A stretch of DNA of 64,000 nt from Phaeosaccion multiseriatum (GCA_965112735.1 OZ218950.1:7254001-7318000), one strand, 5' to 3'. Counted from the stretch's first letter, positions 29,497-43,828 are shown. Translations and numbers: made by a program. Notes: generated from the sequence alone by a model not told the origin.

Positions 29497-30926
29497 CACA
29501 AAGACACACCCACCCACACCCACACACATACCCACCCCCCCCCACACACACACACTACACTCACTGACTGACCTACCTATATCTGTAGTGCAGGACGGCG
29601 AAGGCGACTCCATACAGGAGAAGCAGCGTCGCGAAGGCTGCCCTGCCCCTACTGCTGAAGACTCCCTTCCTGCCCCTAGCAAGGGCCATCTTGCCCCCTC
29701 CCCCCTGTACACTGCCCGGCAAGTACTCGCTGTATTGGACGTACAGGAGGCAAAGCCTAGGGAGGGGCGACAGTTGTTGGCCCAGCAGCCAGAGATCGAG
29801 CAATCGAGCGGCAAAGGGGAGACAGATAGGTAGGCACACAGGCAGGCAGGCTGTCAGTTGAGTTCAGGGGCCGGAGGCGGAGGGGAAGGGGTACCGAATG
29901 AACCGCCAAGAACAGCTCCGTAGCTCCCTCCGTACGAAAGGAGCTCACAACATGCCCTGCTCCTCTTCTTCTTCTTCTTCTTCTTCTTCTTCTTCTTCTT
30001 GTTGTTCCTCTTTCTCCTCCTCGCCCCAAGTGTAACGCACACCAAACACAGTGCCAGTACTGTACCCCATGTCCCCTTTGCACTCGAATGTCTGCAATAC
30101 TCACATACTCCACACCATGGGCGTCTCGTCCGCCTGTTGCCCCTCAAAGGTGAGCGACATGTGAAACAGCACCGAGCCCACGCCGATGACCACCACCAGC
30201 AGAGACAGCACCACAAACTGCCATCCGTGACGGTGCAGAGCGCTTTGACGGGCGCCCCATAAGCCCTGCTCGGCGACAGAGGCGCCAAGTACGTGGTGTG
30301 AGGGAGGGAGGGAGAGAGACGGATGGAGAGAGGGCATAAACGGAAGGACCACGCTCACAGTCACTCACCCCAAGGATGAGAGCGGAGTTCGTGACCGTGT
30401 TCCAGAACTCAGCCAGTAGCGGAGTGACGGTATAGTTCGACTCACACCTTAGCGATTAGACCGAGGCCGAGAGGGTGGAGCGGGAGCGGAGAGGAGCAAG
30501 CAGGGTTAGAGAGGTGTGTGGGCGTCTCTTTGGCGCCACTTTGGATGCGTGTCTAGCAGCGAGGTCTAAAGTGATTCGATAGTGATTGATTCGTCTTCCA
30601 GTCAGGCCAGCAGCGGCACGGAGGGGTAGCCCTCTGAAAAAGCTCAGAGTCCAAACCCTTTGGTTTTTATACATCCCTTTTTCTCCCATTCTGTGGCCCC
30701 TCGCCTCTTTTCTAGAGCTTGCAGCAATCGCCCTAGCCTCGTCATTTCAGGCAGTAGCTATAGCAGCGGGATTCTCAGCCACAGGAGGCTATCGCCCCCC
30801 AGCAACAAGCCAGACGGCCCCCCTCAGCAACAATCACTTCAACGACGACACGCACCAGTCGATGGAGGAAGTAATAGGACCCCAAAAGCCCTCCGGAGCC
30901 GGTGACTGTAAGCTGCTGTTATTCAT
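28279..30926 (-). CDS. ACER3: Alkaline ceramidase (ACER3/YPC1-like, CREST superfamily), ~7 exons
   Basis: Motifs: EGFWGPITSSIDW|CESNYTVTPLLAEFWNTVTN; VVIGVGSVLFHMSLTFEGQQADETPM; QLHAVWH (SxxxH, D and HxxWH metal-binding motifs); Lys-rich tail. Confidence 0.92.
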
Positions 30927-31420
30927 GCCTGAGGTCAGTCTTCTAGCGAGGGAGGCAGGCCCTTTTTGTTTGTGGCTGTTTTGTTTGGGCTTTTGTTTTG
31001 CGATTTTGCCGAGCGAAACAGTTTTAGTTTCAGCTTCTTGTGACACGTGTGTGACTCTGAGGCTAGGGTTGGAAAGCAAAGAAAGCACACAGGGGAACCA
31101 AGAAGAGGGAGAGTACAGGTGAATACCGAGGAACAGTGGAGACACTTCGTGTGGATTCGACTCAGCTATTATGAACCGTTCCTGCAGTGAGCAGCGGGCG
31201 GCTCCCTGCTTCCAATCCCTTCCTTCAACCCATGTCTTTCATGTTGGTAGGAGTAAGATTGCACCCCATGCTATCGCTTCTTACCCCTCCTGTCTCTTGT
31301 TTTCGGTCCCTGTCTCCTCTCCCTCTCGCTCTTTTCCCACAGGGACAGAGCAGGGAGCGCAGGAGAAACAGGAGGATAGGGTGGGTGGCGTTGTTGGTAT
31401 CTCAATCAACGAGGGGCACA

Positions 31421-32708
31421 ATGGCCGAAGGCCACGCCAATGGCGCAGGTGGGGGTAAGGTTGTGAAGGGCGGATCCTCCATCCCGGCGGAGCTGAGCTT
31501 GCTCATCGCGGTGGGGGGCATCTTCGGATGCTACATGGGTAGCGGAGTGCTTCAGGTGTGTGGATGGTGTATGCATATGTGAGGAAACAAGGGCAGAGGA
31601 TGCGTGGCCAGCAAATGTGGTGGCGGGCGCCCGAGGGTCTTGGGGCTTTGCAGAGTCGTACTGCAAACTGCGAATTGGGGACCATGGATCCGCGGCTCAC
31701 CCACCGCTGTTTGCCTCTTGTCTGTCTGGCCGGCACCGCTCGCTGACTGGCCCCTACACCCGCCCACCCCTCAGGAGCACATCTTCAAGTACCGCACGGA
31801 GGACGGCGGCCGCTTCACGCAAACGTTCTTCTTGCTGTGGGCGCAGGTGAGAGAGAGGTGGGCCAAGGCCGAGGGTAGGAATATAAGAGGAGGGGGGCGA
31901 GGGCTGACTCAGAGCAGCGGATGGCAGCCGATGGCAGGGCAGACAGCAGGGAGACGCCGTGCAGCTTCTCTTCGTACGCAGCGCAGGCCCTACTCGTTGG
32001 GGAGGAGGCAGAGGAAGGAGCTGCCTGCCCCCCTTGCTCTTGCTCTACCGCCCACTCAGACCCCTCCCTTGCTTGTTGCAGTGTGTGGTGAACGTCATCT
32101 TCGCTCGCGTCATGATGATGGTGATGCCCCGCAGCGGCATGAACACGCCGCACAAGCTCTTTGGCATGGCGGGGGGCGCTTACATCGGGGCCATGGTCTG
32201 CTCGTTGGAGGTGAGGGAGTGAGTGAGTAAGTGAGTGAGTGAGTGAATACATTCAGTGAATGAGCTGATAACTGGGGTCTGTCTATTCAGAACACACCAC
32301 CCCAACCACAAGCATTAGAAGAGGTTTACACCGTGCAAGTGTGACACTATCGCTCATGCCTTGGAAGGCAATGAATGCAATGTGCTGACCCCACCCCCCT
32401 CGTTGTTTCGAGCTTTTAGACGCCCCTCCGCTGGACTGACCCCGACCATCCCATCTCATCTCTTCTTTGCTTCTCTGCTTTGCTTCCGTCAGGCGCTGAA
32501 GTACGTGTCCTTCCCCACGAAGGAACTTGGAAAGAGCTGCAAGATGATTCCCGTCATGTAAGTCAGCCCATATGCCTGCCCATATGCCTGCCCATTGCCT
32601 CTGCCTTGCCTGCCGGCCCCCATTTACTGCCTTAAGCTATACACCACCATCTTTCAGCAATATCACGCCTCTAACAACAACAACACCACCACCACCAATA
32701 ACAACACC

Positions 32709-32760
<52 letters not shown>

Positions 32761-34581
32761 CACACAGGCTGTTCGGAGTACTGTTCGGCAGCAAGCGCTA
32801 CAACACGCGAGAATACATGTGTGTCGCGCTCATCACAGCTGGCATCGTTACCTTCAACCTGTCCGCCAAGCACTCGCACAAGGGCGGAAGAGACGACTCC
32901 GCCTACGGACTTGTGCTGCTGGCCTTGAGTCTTGTCATGGATGGAGTGTGCGGCGTCACGCAGGAGAGGCTTAAGAAGGCGTGCAAGCCAGAGGTGCACG
33001 AGATGGTGAGGATGGGGATGGCAGTGGATGGGGGTTAGTGGGATGAGGATGGCAGTGGATGGGGGTTAGTGGGATGAGGATGGCAGTGGATGGGGGTTAG
33101 TGGGATGAGGATGGCAGTGGATGGGGGTTAGTGGGATGAGGATGTCAGTGGATGGGGGTTAGTGGGATGAGGATGGCAGTGGATGGGGGTTGGGGATGGC
33201 AGTGGATGGGGGGTTAGTGGGATGAGGATGGCAGTGGACGGTGGGGGGGGGGGGCTGGTGTTTGTGCCGGGAGGGCAAAAGGATTTATATACAGTATCTT
33301 GTCTGACGTACTGCTCTTTCCTGACCGCGCTGCTGCCCTGTCTTGCTTGACTTGCTGCCTGCCTGACTGTACATATATATATATATACTACAATCCTGCT
33401 CAGATGTTTCACATGAACATGTGGGCTTTGGCGCTGCTGTCCCTGGCGTGCCTCGTAACTGGGGACGGGGCCAGCGGCCTCAGCTTCTGCATGGACAACC
33501 CAGGTCAGTAGTCAGCGGTCAGCGGTTAGGGAGTGAGGAGCAGGACCTGCCTGTCTGCCTGCCTGCCTACCTGCCTGCCTGTCTGCCTGTCTGCCTGCCT
33601 GTCTGCCTGTCTGTCTGGCTGTCTGTCTATCTGTATGTCTGTCGGAAGGTGTGTGGGCATGTCTGTTGGGAGGTGTGTGGGCATGTCTGCAGCGTCTACA
33701 CACTCCTGGAGACTCTTGGCAGCAACAGGCTCCAAGAGGCTTCAAAAGGCTCGTGATACCACATTATCACAGACTCTTGGCAGCAAAAGGCTCCAAAAGG
33801 CTCGTGATACCACATTATCACAGACTCTTGGCAGCAAGGCTCGTGAAGGCTCGTGGCACATTATATCACGCGTGGTGTGTGTGTGTGGGTGGAGCCGTGT
33901 CTGTCGGTGTCTCTCCCCCCTCCCCTCCTCTCTTAGCTTTGCGCTCTCTTTGGTTTACGCCAGACTCTCTGACGACCCCCCCCCTCCGACTGCTGCTGCT
34001 GTATCACCAACTGCTGCTGCTGCTCTGCACTGTGTATGGCAAACTGCTCCACGCAGCCATCTTGACGGACATCGTGCTGTTCGCAGCGGCGGCGGCAATG
34101 GGGCAGAACTTCATCTACTTCACCATCAAGGTACGTAGGGGGAGTGTCTCTAGGATAGAGGCGGATGGTGGTGGATGGTGGTGGATGTTAGCGGATGGTA
34201 GGGGGGGTGTCTGTAGGATAGGGGTGGGGTGGGCGGCGTGTGTCCCTGTCTGGTCTCAGTGCGCCTCTGCTCTCAGGCTCTGTATGATGCACCCTCTGTG
34301 ATTCTGACGATACCCTCCTTCCCCTTCTCTGTGTGTTCTGTATCACCAACCCCTTCACCTGTGTAACTGTCAAACAGAACTTCAACCCGCTGGTGTGCAC
34401 CACCATCACCACGACCCGCAAGTTCTTCACTATCCTCCTGTCCGTCATTTACTTCCAAAACCCCATGAACGTCAAGCAGTGGATAGGCGTCTTGCTTGTC
34501 TTTGCGGGCATTGGAGGAGAGATGTTCGGCAAGTACCACCGGCACAAGGCCAACGCCCAGGGGGCGGGCAAGCAGAAGTGA
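31421..34581 (+). CDS. SLC35B1: SLC35B1/HUT1-type (UAA family) ER nucleotide-sugar/ATP-ADP transporter, ~9 exons
   Basis: Motifs: GVLQEHIF; [22 protein letters not shown]; [13 protein letters not shown]; [11 protein letters not shown]|[23 protein letters not shown]. The C-terminal KQK resembles a dilysine ER-retrieval signal. Confidence 0.9.
33010..33240. repeat. ~31-bp intronic minisatellite GATGAGGATGGCAGTGGATGGGGGTTAGTGG
   Basis: About 7 tandem copies directly after a donor site. Confidence 0.92.
33711..33870. repeat. ~50-60-bp degenerate tandem repeat (3 copies) in an intron
   Basis: GACTCTTGGCAGCAA..AGGCTCGTGATACCACATTATCACA is repeated. Confidence 0.85.
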
Positions 34582-35997
34582 GGCGACTGATGACTTACTT
34601 GCAGGACGGACATAGAGGGCGGTGGGAGGGCAGGGTAGTGTGAGAAGGGGAGAGCGAAGGAGGGAGAGGGAGGGGAAGAGAGAGACAGCCCTTCTCTTTT
34701 GCTGCTGGCGGCCGGGAATGTGCAGCCAAGGGGGGACGGAACCGAGCACGCTGGGCACGGCACGGAGGAGAAGGGCCACAGAGGGTAGCATGGAGAGGGG
34801 GGGGCAGGGAGGAGTGGAGGAGGTGAGCGAAAGGGAGGGAGCTCGGTCAGGGATCAGGGAGGGCTTCGAAGAAAAGAGGCTGAGTCAGGGACGATGAAGG
34901 AGGCTTCAAGAAGACGGCATGGGCGGGGGGCGGCCTCAGTCTTCTCTCCGCCCAGCGATAGAAGGGCGAGGGCAAAAGGAGAGAGAGAGAGGAGGGAAGG
35001 AAGAGGGGAGGGAGGGAGGGAAGAGCGCTAAGCGCTTGCTCTCCCGGCTGCGAGTGACTGCTCCACGTTGCTTGCTACTCAAGTCGAAGCGAGACTCAGA
35101 GAAGGCTAAGACAAGGTGAGTCCGCTTGAAGCCCCTCCTCCCCCCTCTCTCTGTGGATGATGCCGCATAGAGAGCTAGCTATTACTTCGTACAACAGATG
35201 ACAATTGCCACTCGTACTCCCTCGACTAGCCCTTGGGCCATGATGACGCGGGCTTTGGACGTGGCACACACAAAACCAAAGCTTGAACTGCGCCATTGGA
35301 CTGAAACTCACAAAGAGGGAAGGTCCTCGGCCTGGCCCTGACCTCTCCTCACTGTACATAGCGGTGCCGAAAAACGGTATTCGCCAGCTGTGAGGCGAGG
35401 TCTGTGGTCTTCGCCGCAGCTGCAGCACACGCACATATCCAAGACCGCTCCGCAGTGTTTTGCTTGCCTGCCCTTACCCTGTTGTATGTTGCTGGCCTAT
35501 ATATATGCCCATTCTTTTTGTTGCTTGCCTCCCTGTTGTTGCATGTTGTGCGTCTGTAAGGACAGGCAGTGACGCTTCCTTCCTTGTGATTTGGTATGCT
35601 TCCATCGCTAACCTGATCATCTGACTGCCCCTGCTGCTGCCCATATGACTGCTGCTGCTTGCTGTCTCCACGGGTTGCTCCATTGGTTGGTGTTTTCCCT
35701 CGCTGGCCAGCCAGGCCCACGCGCCGAGTAAGTGTGTTGGAGGGCGCCAACGGACGAGTCACATGTAGAGAAGGAGCACGAGGAGGAGCATGAGGAGTGC
35801 CACGCCTGAGAAGGGTCAGAGAAGGGTCGGAGAAGGGTCAGAGAAGGGTCTGAGAAGGGTCGGCCTTCACAACCTCCCTTGTGTTCAGAGGAGGCGAGAG
35901 GCCAAGAGGGGGAAGAGGGGGAAGGGGCGAGGAGGGGGGCAGTACAAGATGTCCACTCCAGGCACAGGCCGCTCTCACTCGCGGTCCAGCAGCAGCA

Positions 35998-36032
<35 letters not shown>

Positions 36033-36888
36033 TTGGTCATAGGTGGTGAGGAGGAGGGGCGGTGGACTGGCCAGCGTCGTCCCCCCTCGGGAGCAAGGGT
36101 ACGAACAAGGCACATGGGGCAAGGTATATGGGTTGGGGGGGACACAGGGGGGCCCAAGTCTATTACATGTATGCGTGTGCGAGGCCCTCAGAGGGAAAGG
36201 AGCTTTGCTGTGGTGTGGGCTTCTGCGGTGGGGTGGAGGGGTACACCGTAAGTTATTAAACGGGAGGCGTACGGCGTACAGCAGGCTGTTTTTTTGTTTT
36301 TTGTAGTGTAGGTGTTGTCAAACGGCAATGACAACAAATAGAGGTAGAGCGTAGGTAAGGTTAGGTAAGATTGGGTGTAGGAAGGCGGTTGGAATTGCAT
36401 GAGTTGAAGAAACAAACCCCCAGACCGTTCTGAGCTTCACACACATCTACTACTGCTCAGGCCCACTCTGGTCCCCTCCCTCCTCTCAGAGGCTGGCAGC
36501 TTGCCCACTCTGGTCCCCTCCCTCCTCTCTTGCCCTTGGCGGCACGAGCTGATGCCCCACACATACATCTCCAACACCTCACCCATGGCCCATGCACCAC
36601 TTGTAGTGTGTTCCCACTGAAATCATTGCCTTCATTCACTGGGGGCTCATCCATCCAGCACCACCACCACCACAGGGCAGCCCTACAATCAGCAGCAGTT
36701 GGTGATACAGCAGCAGCCCCCCTTCCCGTAGCTCAGGGCGCCTCCTCGGGCCAGGCATATGGGCCAGGCGATTGATGCCTGCTCCATCTACCCTCAAGCC
36801 ATACTCTACAGCCCTTGCTCTACACTCCAGGCCGTTGCTCTTAGACCCTTGCCCTAGGCTTGCGCTACCTAGGCATTAGGCCAAGGCA

Positions 36889-39800
36889 TTAGGCCAAGCA
36901 GCGGGTGGCCACCTCCAGGGTGTCCTTGCTCACTCCTTCCGCCGCCTTGATGCGCTTGCACTGGGCCAGCATCTGCGGTGGGGAGGAGGAGGAGGAGGAG
37001 ATTGACACACAGACGGCGACGGAGATGCACAACCAACACGTCAACACGAGTCAGCGTGAGGGGCACGTGCAAGAGGTTCCTCTGTGAAGCTTCACTTGGG
37101 CACTTTCAACTCGTCTGTCCTCCCTGTCCTGTCCTGTTCTGTCCTGCCCATCCACTGCCATCCCCTGCCCATCCACTGCCGTCCCATGCCCATCCCCTGC
37201 CATCCCCTGTCCTGTACCTTGTCCTGATGCTCTTTGTCGAACCTCCTCCACTGCGCGAAGCTGTGTGTGTGCGTGCGTGTACGTGTGTGTGTGTGTGCAG
37301 GGAGGGACGGAGGGGGGAGCAGAGCGAGAGCAAGGAGCAGGAGGTGGTGATACAGCTGCTGCCCTGCAAGAGCACAGTCGCCAGTCCTCGCTTGCTGCTC
37401 ACTACAGTGCACACAAGCGAACAAACGCCCCTCGGGTCTCGAGTCGAAGCAGACATGTGCAGAACAGAAGAGACAGAGAGTGAGCCCTGCCTTCTCTGCC
37501 CTCCCTCCCTCCCTCCATCCCTCCCTCCCTCCCTCCCTCCCTCCCTCCCTCCCTCCATTCCTACCCCCCCAACTGACCTTCCCGCCAGCCTCGCCGCCAC
37601 CTGCGGGTTGAGCTTATCCACCGCCAGCGTCATATCCCCCACAAACTCATAGCCAGAACCGTCCTTGGCATGGAACTTGTCCATGCAGGAGGAGAAGACG
37701 GAGATGACAGAGCGAAGTCTGTTGGGGTTCTTAAGAGTGAAGTCGGGGTGCTCGAGGAGGGCCTTGACACGGGTCAGGAGGTCGGGCACGTCGGCGCTGG
37801 CTTGGATGCCGAACCACTGGGGACGGACGGAGGGAGGGAGGGAGGGGGATGAGAGGGAGGACAAGACGAAGGAGAGAGGACGAGGCACCAGAGAAAGAGA
37901 GGGAGAGAGCCTGCCCTTGAGCTTCGACGCACTGCAACGCAAACCCCTACCTTGTTGAGCACCAACGCCTCCCCCCCTGCGTCCTTGTAGAACATGTCCA
38001 GCGCGGAGTCCCTCTCCGGCCCGGGAAGGTCGGCAAGGCAGCTGAGGGCAGCGAGCTTGTCGGTCATGCAGTTGGCCGCCTTGAATTGGGCCAGGCAACG
38101 CTCCACCGCGGGTTGGTCCTTCAGCGCCGCCAGGTACGTGAGACAGGTGTTTCGCAGCCTCCTCCTGCCCACCTCGGCCCCGCTCTTGACGTAGGGCCCT
38201 TCGGGGGTGGCGCATTGGTCGTACACGGTCTCGAGTTCGGGTCTCAGGGCGGTGGCAAGGCTCTTCTTGACGTGTCCGAGGGCCTTCTTGAGAGCGTCGG
38301 GGTCGATGACCTGGGCTCCATTTGATCGGAGGGAAGTGAAGTCAAGTCAAGTGAAGTGACACACACACACATACACGCACACACGCACACAGGCATGACA
38401 TGAGCACGTCTCGTATCATTCATCTCTTGTCACTGGCTAGGTAGGTACTACGTCAATGGGTGGGTAGTAAGTCAATGGGTGGGTGGGTGGGAGGGGGGGG
38501 GGGGGGGCGCAGCAGTGGAGTGATTGCAACTATGGTCTACTGAAACGCAACTGCAACTGATCTTTCCTACACTGCAAACTGACCTATCTTCCCTAAACTG
38601 CAAACTGACCTTCATCTCCTCGGCCAGGGTGCTCATGGTGGGCAGGCCCAGCGCGTAGGACTGCAGCGAGCGGTCGATTTCGGCCCCGCTCTGCGTCAGC
38701 GTGGCTCGGAAGCTGTCCACCACAACCTGGGGGATGGGGGGCAGCTCCTCGCCCGCCTGGGGCATGTATGTATGTATGTATGTATGTATGTATGTATGTA
38801 TGTATGTATGTATGTATGTATGTATGTATGTATGTATGTATGTATGTATGCATGTATGTATGTATGTATGTGCGTGTGTGAGAGTGTGGATGCACGGCCA
38901 AGTGGAAGGAGAGTAACGCAGAAAGAAACGCACAACGGAGGGGAGGGAGGGGCAGGGGGAAGGTTAGGGGGGAGGGGTTCTCCGCCTTCCACCAACAGAG
39001 AGTCAGGCAGGCAGGTACACCCACTCTCACTCCCACTACGCACCGCGGCCTTGTCGGCGAGGGAGAGGATGAGCTTGGCAGACAACTGCTGCCCTGCCTC
39101 CCAGCGGTTGAAGGAGTCCGTGTCATGAGCCATGAGGAAGGCGAGGTCGGCGTCCGAGTGACTAAACCTGAGCTTGACGGGGGCGCTGAAGTCTCGCAGG
39201 AGGGAGGGCACCGGCTCCGAGGGGATGTCTTTGAAGGTCCACTCTTGCTCCTCCTCCTTGAGCTCGAGCACTGTGGAGGGCAGCACCTCCTTGCCGTCGC
39301 GGGTCAGGAGCCCGACCTTGACAGGGATGTGGAAGGGCAGCTTGGTGGGCTGCTTGGCGTCCGTGGGAGTGCTCTGCTTGAGGCGGAGGGTGTACGTCTT
39401 GGCCGAGGCGTCGTACTCGCCCGATGCCTCCACCTGCGGTGTGCCTGTGCAGGGCGACAGGGGGGGGGGCATGATGGCGGTGATGCAGCAGGAGGGAAGA
39501 GGTGAGGAGAGGGGGAGGAGGAGGCTTGGGATGGACCTCACTCACTCACTCACTCACTCACTCACTCACTCACTTACTCCCTGACTCACTCACTGTCTCA
39601 CCCACTCCCTGACTCACTCACCGTACTGCAGGTACCAGCGCTCGAACTGCTCGAGGTCCATTCCATTGGCGTCGGACATGGCAGCTCGGAAATCGTCACA
39701 CGTCACTGCACTCCCGTCGTGGCGCTTGAAGTAAAGCACAGACAAGTTGGTGGTACAGCACAGACAAGTTGGTGATACAGCACAGCACCCAGCAGTTGGT

Positions 39801-42800
39801 GATACACACGCATGCACATCCCCTCCCTCCCTTACCTTGAAGTAGAGGTCCATGCCCTTACGGAAACCCTCCTTGCCCAGCAGCGTGTGGTACATGCGAA
39901 TCACCTCGGCCCCCTTGACATAGACAGTGGCCGTGTAGAAGTTATCCATCGCCACGTAGCTCTCAGGCCGGATGGAGTGTGCCAGGGGGCCGTTGTCCTC
40001 GGGGAACTGACGGGCCCGGAGCACGCGTACGTTCTCGATGCGGTTGACGGCATGCGAGCTTTTGATGGAGGCGTGGGGTTGAAAGGGGGGGGTGTAAGGG
40101 GGGGTGAGAGATGTGTGGAGAGGATGTGGGCGTGTGAATACGTCAACAACATGCCATCTCGCAAGCGGGGCGTGTGTGTGTGTGTGCGAGAGGGGGCGAC
40201 AAGAGAGCCTGGGGCGTGTTTGCTGACTTATGGTACCCACCCCATGTCTGAGGAGAACTGCTGGTCCCTGAACACGGTGAGCCCCTCCTTGAGCGTGAGC
40301 TGGAACCAGTCGCGGCACGTCACGCGGTTGCCGGTCCAGCTGCGGGGGAGATAGCAGCAGATGGTAGCAGATGGTAACAGGTGGTAGCAGGTGGTAGCAG
40401 GAGGCGGTAGCAACAGGTGTTAGACCAGGGCGCACAACTCGGAACCGCCCCCTCCGCCTGCCGCAAGACACCTGCCGCAAGACGCCTGCCGCAAGACGCC
40501 TGCCGCAAGACTAAGTGAGTCAGACAAATCTGCAAATAACACCCGCCCTTCTCCTCCTGCCCTCCCCACTGACTCACTTGTGGAAGTACTCGTGTCCGAT
40601 GACGCCCTCCACCTGCTCGAAGTCGCCATCTGTTGCCGTCTCGGGTTTGGCGAGCACGTACGCCGTGTTGAACACGTTCAGGCCCTGCGGACACACACAC
40701 ACACACGCACGGACACACACACAACCGAAAGTGGAGTAAGAACCCCCCCCCCCTTGTCTTGTAGAAGCCCATCACTACCCCACCCAGCCACTGACTTACT
40801 ACCCCCCAATCCATTGACATACTACCCCCAACCCCCCCCCTGCCCTTGCCTTGTTCTCCATGGCGCCCATGTTGAAGTCGTTGACGGCGACAATGTTGAA
40901 CAAGTCAAGATCGTACTCCAAGCCGAAGGTATCCTCGTCCCACTTCATCGCCTTCTTGAGGCTCTGCATGGCCCAGTCCAGCTGCCCTACGTTCTCCTTC
41001 TCTGAGTATATCTCCAAGTGTACGTCCCTCCCACTCATGGTGTGGTAGGAGCTGGAGATGCTGCCAAGGTCTCCAGCCACGAGGGCGAAGAGGTAGGAAG
41101 GCTTGGGAAAAGGGTCCTGCCACACGGCGAAGTGCCGTCCGTCGCTCGCCTCACCCGACTCGATCTTGTTGCCGTTGCTGCCACACAGGGATGGGAGGGG
41201 GGGGGGGGGTTAGTAGCCACGCTGGAAGGGGGGAAGAGCACCAACCAAAACTGGGATTGGGAACAAAATAAGGCGTTTTGGTTGCTTCATTCCTGCCTTG
41301 GCTCGTCTCGGTTTTGTCTCCCCTACTTACCTGAGCAGCACGGGGAAAGTGTTCTTGTCGGCCTCGATCCGAACCTTCTTGAAGGTGGCCATGACGTCGG
41401 GCCGGTCCTGGAAGAACGTGATGCGGCGGAAACCCTCGGCCTCGCACTGGGAGCAGTACATGGGTCCGCTCTTGTACAGGCCGGACAGCTAAGGAGAGGA
41501 GGTGACAAACAAAGGAGGTCAAGAACCGAACCGGGGGCCGATAAATGCGGTTAGCACAGGGCAAGGAAGGATGAAGGATTCTGTTCAGCGTGTGCAGTGC
41601 AGTGCTTGCCTTGCGTTGCCTTACGTACCTGTGTGTTTGCTTCCGGGGAGATTTTGACCGTGCTCTTTAGGGTGAAGCCCGCTGCACAGGCGTTAGGGGG
41701 GCAGGCAGGGAGGGAGGGAGGGAGGGAGGGAGGGAGGCAGGGAGGGACGGAGGGAGGGAGGGACGGAGGGAGGGAGGGAGGGAGGCCAGAGGGGCCGAGA
41801 GGTAGAGACAGAGAGAAGAGGGGTGACAAGCGAGAGGCAACGGGCAAAGGGCAAAGAGAGAGAAAGGGATACTGAGAGAGAGGCATAGGGGCAGTGGGAA
41901 AGGAGGGAAGGGAAGTGCTAAGCAGAGAGGAGAAGGGATCCCCACAGGCCCTTGAGGGCATCGCTTGAGGGCATCGATGGCACCCGATGGCACCCCCCAA
42001 AGCCCCCGCCCATGCGACACATCAACCGCTCCACCGACCCATCGACCAATCCATCACCCCAGGGCCTGACTGACCTACCTGTCTTGGGGATGAGTTCGGG
42101 GGAGAGAGTGAGGCCCTCCTTCGTCACGGTGTACTGCGAGGCTGCTCGGTCCAAATGGCAGTGGATGGGAACAGAAGAAAGAGGAGGTATGTCAGTCGTT
42201 GCCCAAACCAAGGATTCTTGAAACGTTCTTGAAACGCGGGCGCAGAGGAGTGGGGGTGTGGCGGGAGGGGTAGCGCTTGGGTCGGCCTCTCTCACTTTAC
42301 ACAGCCAAAGCCAAAGCCAGAGCGCAGGCCCACTCTGTAGGCACCATCCCTTCCCTTGTACTGCTCACCGTCGAGCTCCTTCCCATCGAGCGAGAGGCTC
42401 AACACCTCCAGGTCCTCCCCGTCGAAGAAGGGCGCCGCAGAGCCATCTGCCAAGGCAGGAGGGAGGGGGGGGGGAGGACAGAGCAGGGGTTGAGTTTGTT
42501 GGTATCCACACGCACGCACGACGCACGCACGCACCCACACGGTGAGAAAGAGAGCAAAAAGAAAAGCAAGAGGGGCCAGGCAAGCGTCGCCAGGTTCACA
42601 AACGCCTACGTACGCTTACGTACTTACCAGGGTTGTGCTCCACGGTGAGCGTGGAGGTGACCTCTGTGGCGCCGTCCTTGAGCTGAAAGTCGAGCTCGAC
42701 TTCCTGTGAGGACATACATCGACATAAATGCAGAGCGGTGATGCAGAGCGGTGCAGTGAGCCGCGCTGTTTGCTGGTGTAGTGGAGGGAGCCCGTTCCTT

Positions 42801-43588
42801 ATCCTCTTTACTCTACTCCCTCCTTGCCAAGCACCTTCACCACCCTCTGGGTGGGTCGGTTCCTCCGATGATCGATCGTATGACATCGTTTTACCTTGAC
42901 GGTGTGCGTGGCCGCCGCGTAGTCCTTCCTGAACTTCTCCTTGGGTCCCTCTTCCTCCGCCTGGGCCTGAACCTCCGTCGTCCCTGCCGAGGACAGCGAG
43001 GCCGTAGCACTGAGGGTCACGCCCGTCACACCGCCCGTCCACGCCCCACCGCGGAGCCTGAGGGCGGAGGAGGGGAGGGCGGCAGGCGCAAAGCCCACGC
43101 GGGACCGCCTCACTGCAGGTCTGAGAGACGCAGAAAGGGAGGAGGGTGGGATCAGTGGAGGTCGGGGTAGGGCGAGGGATGCACAGAGTGCACAGACAAC
43201 AATCGACGGAGGAACAAAACAGTTCAGACGGGTGTAAGATGCGTCTTCCTTCTCACTTGCTGCAAAAGCGCCAGGCCTCGCTTCCTGCAAAAGCACCAGA
43301 CTGAACCTGAGAAGGTAAGCTGGCTCAAGCTGGGCACGGGGGGCTCTGTGGAGCCCACGTGACGGCAACAGGAATCTGTGACTTGCAAGAGGAATCTTGT
43401 CTCTTGCTCACTCTCTGCCTCCCTCTTCTTCTTCCTCCCGGTCTCCCCACCTCTCTCACCTGTAGAGAGCGGTTCTAATCCCTGCCGTCTGTGCTCTACC
43501 CACTGTTCCTCTGGCACTTGCTCGTGCGACGTTCATGACTCCCAGAGCCAAGCTGTTGACTCCTGTCAACATTCCGCGTCCAGCCATG
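36889..43588 (-). CDS. pepN: M1-family aminopeptidase N (PepN/alanyl aminopeptidase type) with an N-terminal organellar targeting extension, ~20 exons
   Basis: Motifs: [47 protein letters not shown]|[16 protein letters not shown]|[58 protein letters not shown]. The 5' exons and start codon are less certain. Confidence 0.95.
38765..38870. repeat. (TATG)n intronic microsatellite
   Basis: Seen directly. Confidence 0.95.
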
Positions 43589-43828
43589 GTCTTCCCTCCA
43601 GTGCCGTCAGTCTCTACGACGGGTTCAAGGCTTCCGCTCAAAAGTAGCGCTGCCAAGAAAGGGAGGGTTGCCTTTACCATATGACACAAGAAGAGATAGA
43701 GAGAGAGGTGTACAGAAACTGTGTGTGGACTAGCCGAGTCACATTCAAGGGGATGGTAACAGATGGCGTTTCCCCGCTTCGTTTCTCTTCTCTCTGTCGA
43801 TTCCTCTGTCTCTAGAAGAGAAAAGACG

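Noticed and set aside
36889-43588. Bacterial-like pepN as a recent horizontal transfer
   Set aside because: It is intron-rich with host-like composition, and this PepN type is widespread in plants, algae and apicomplexans.
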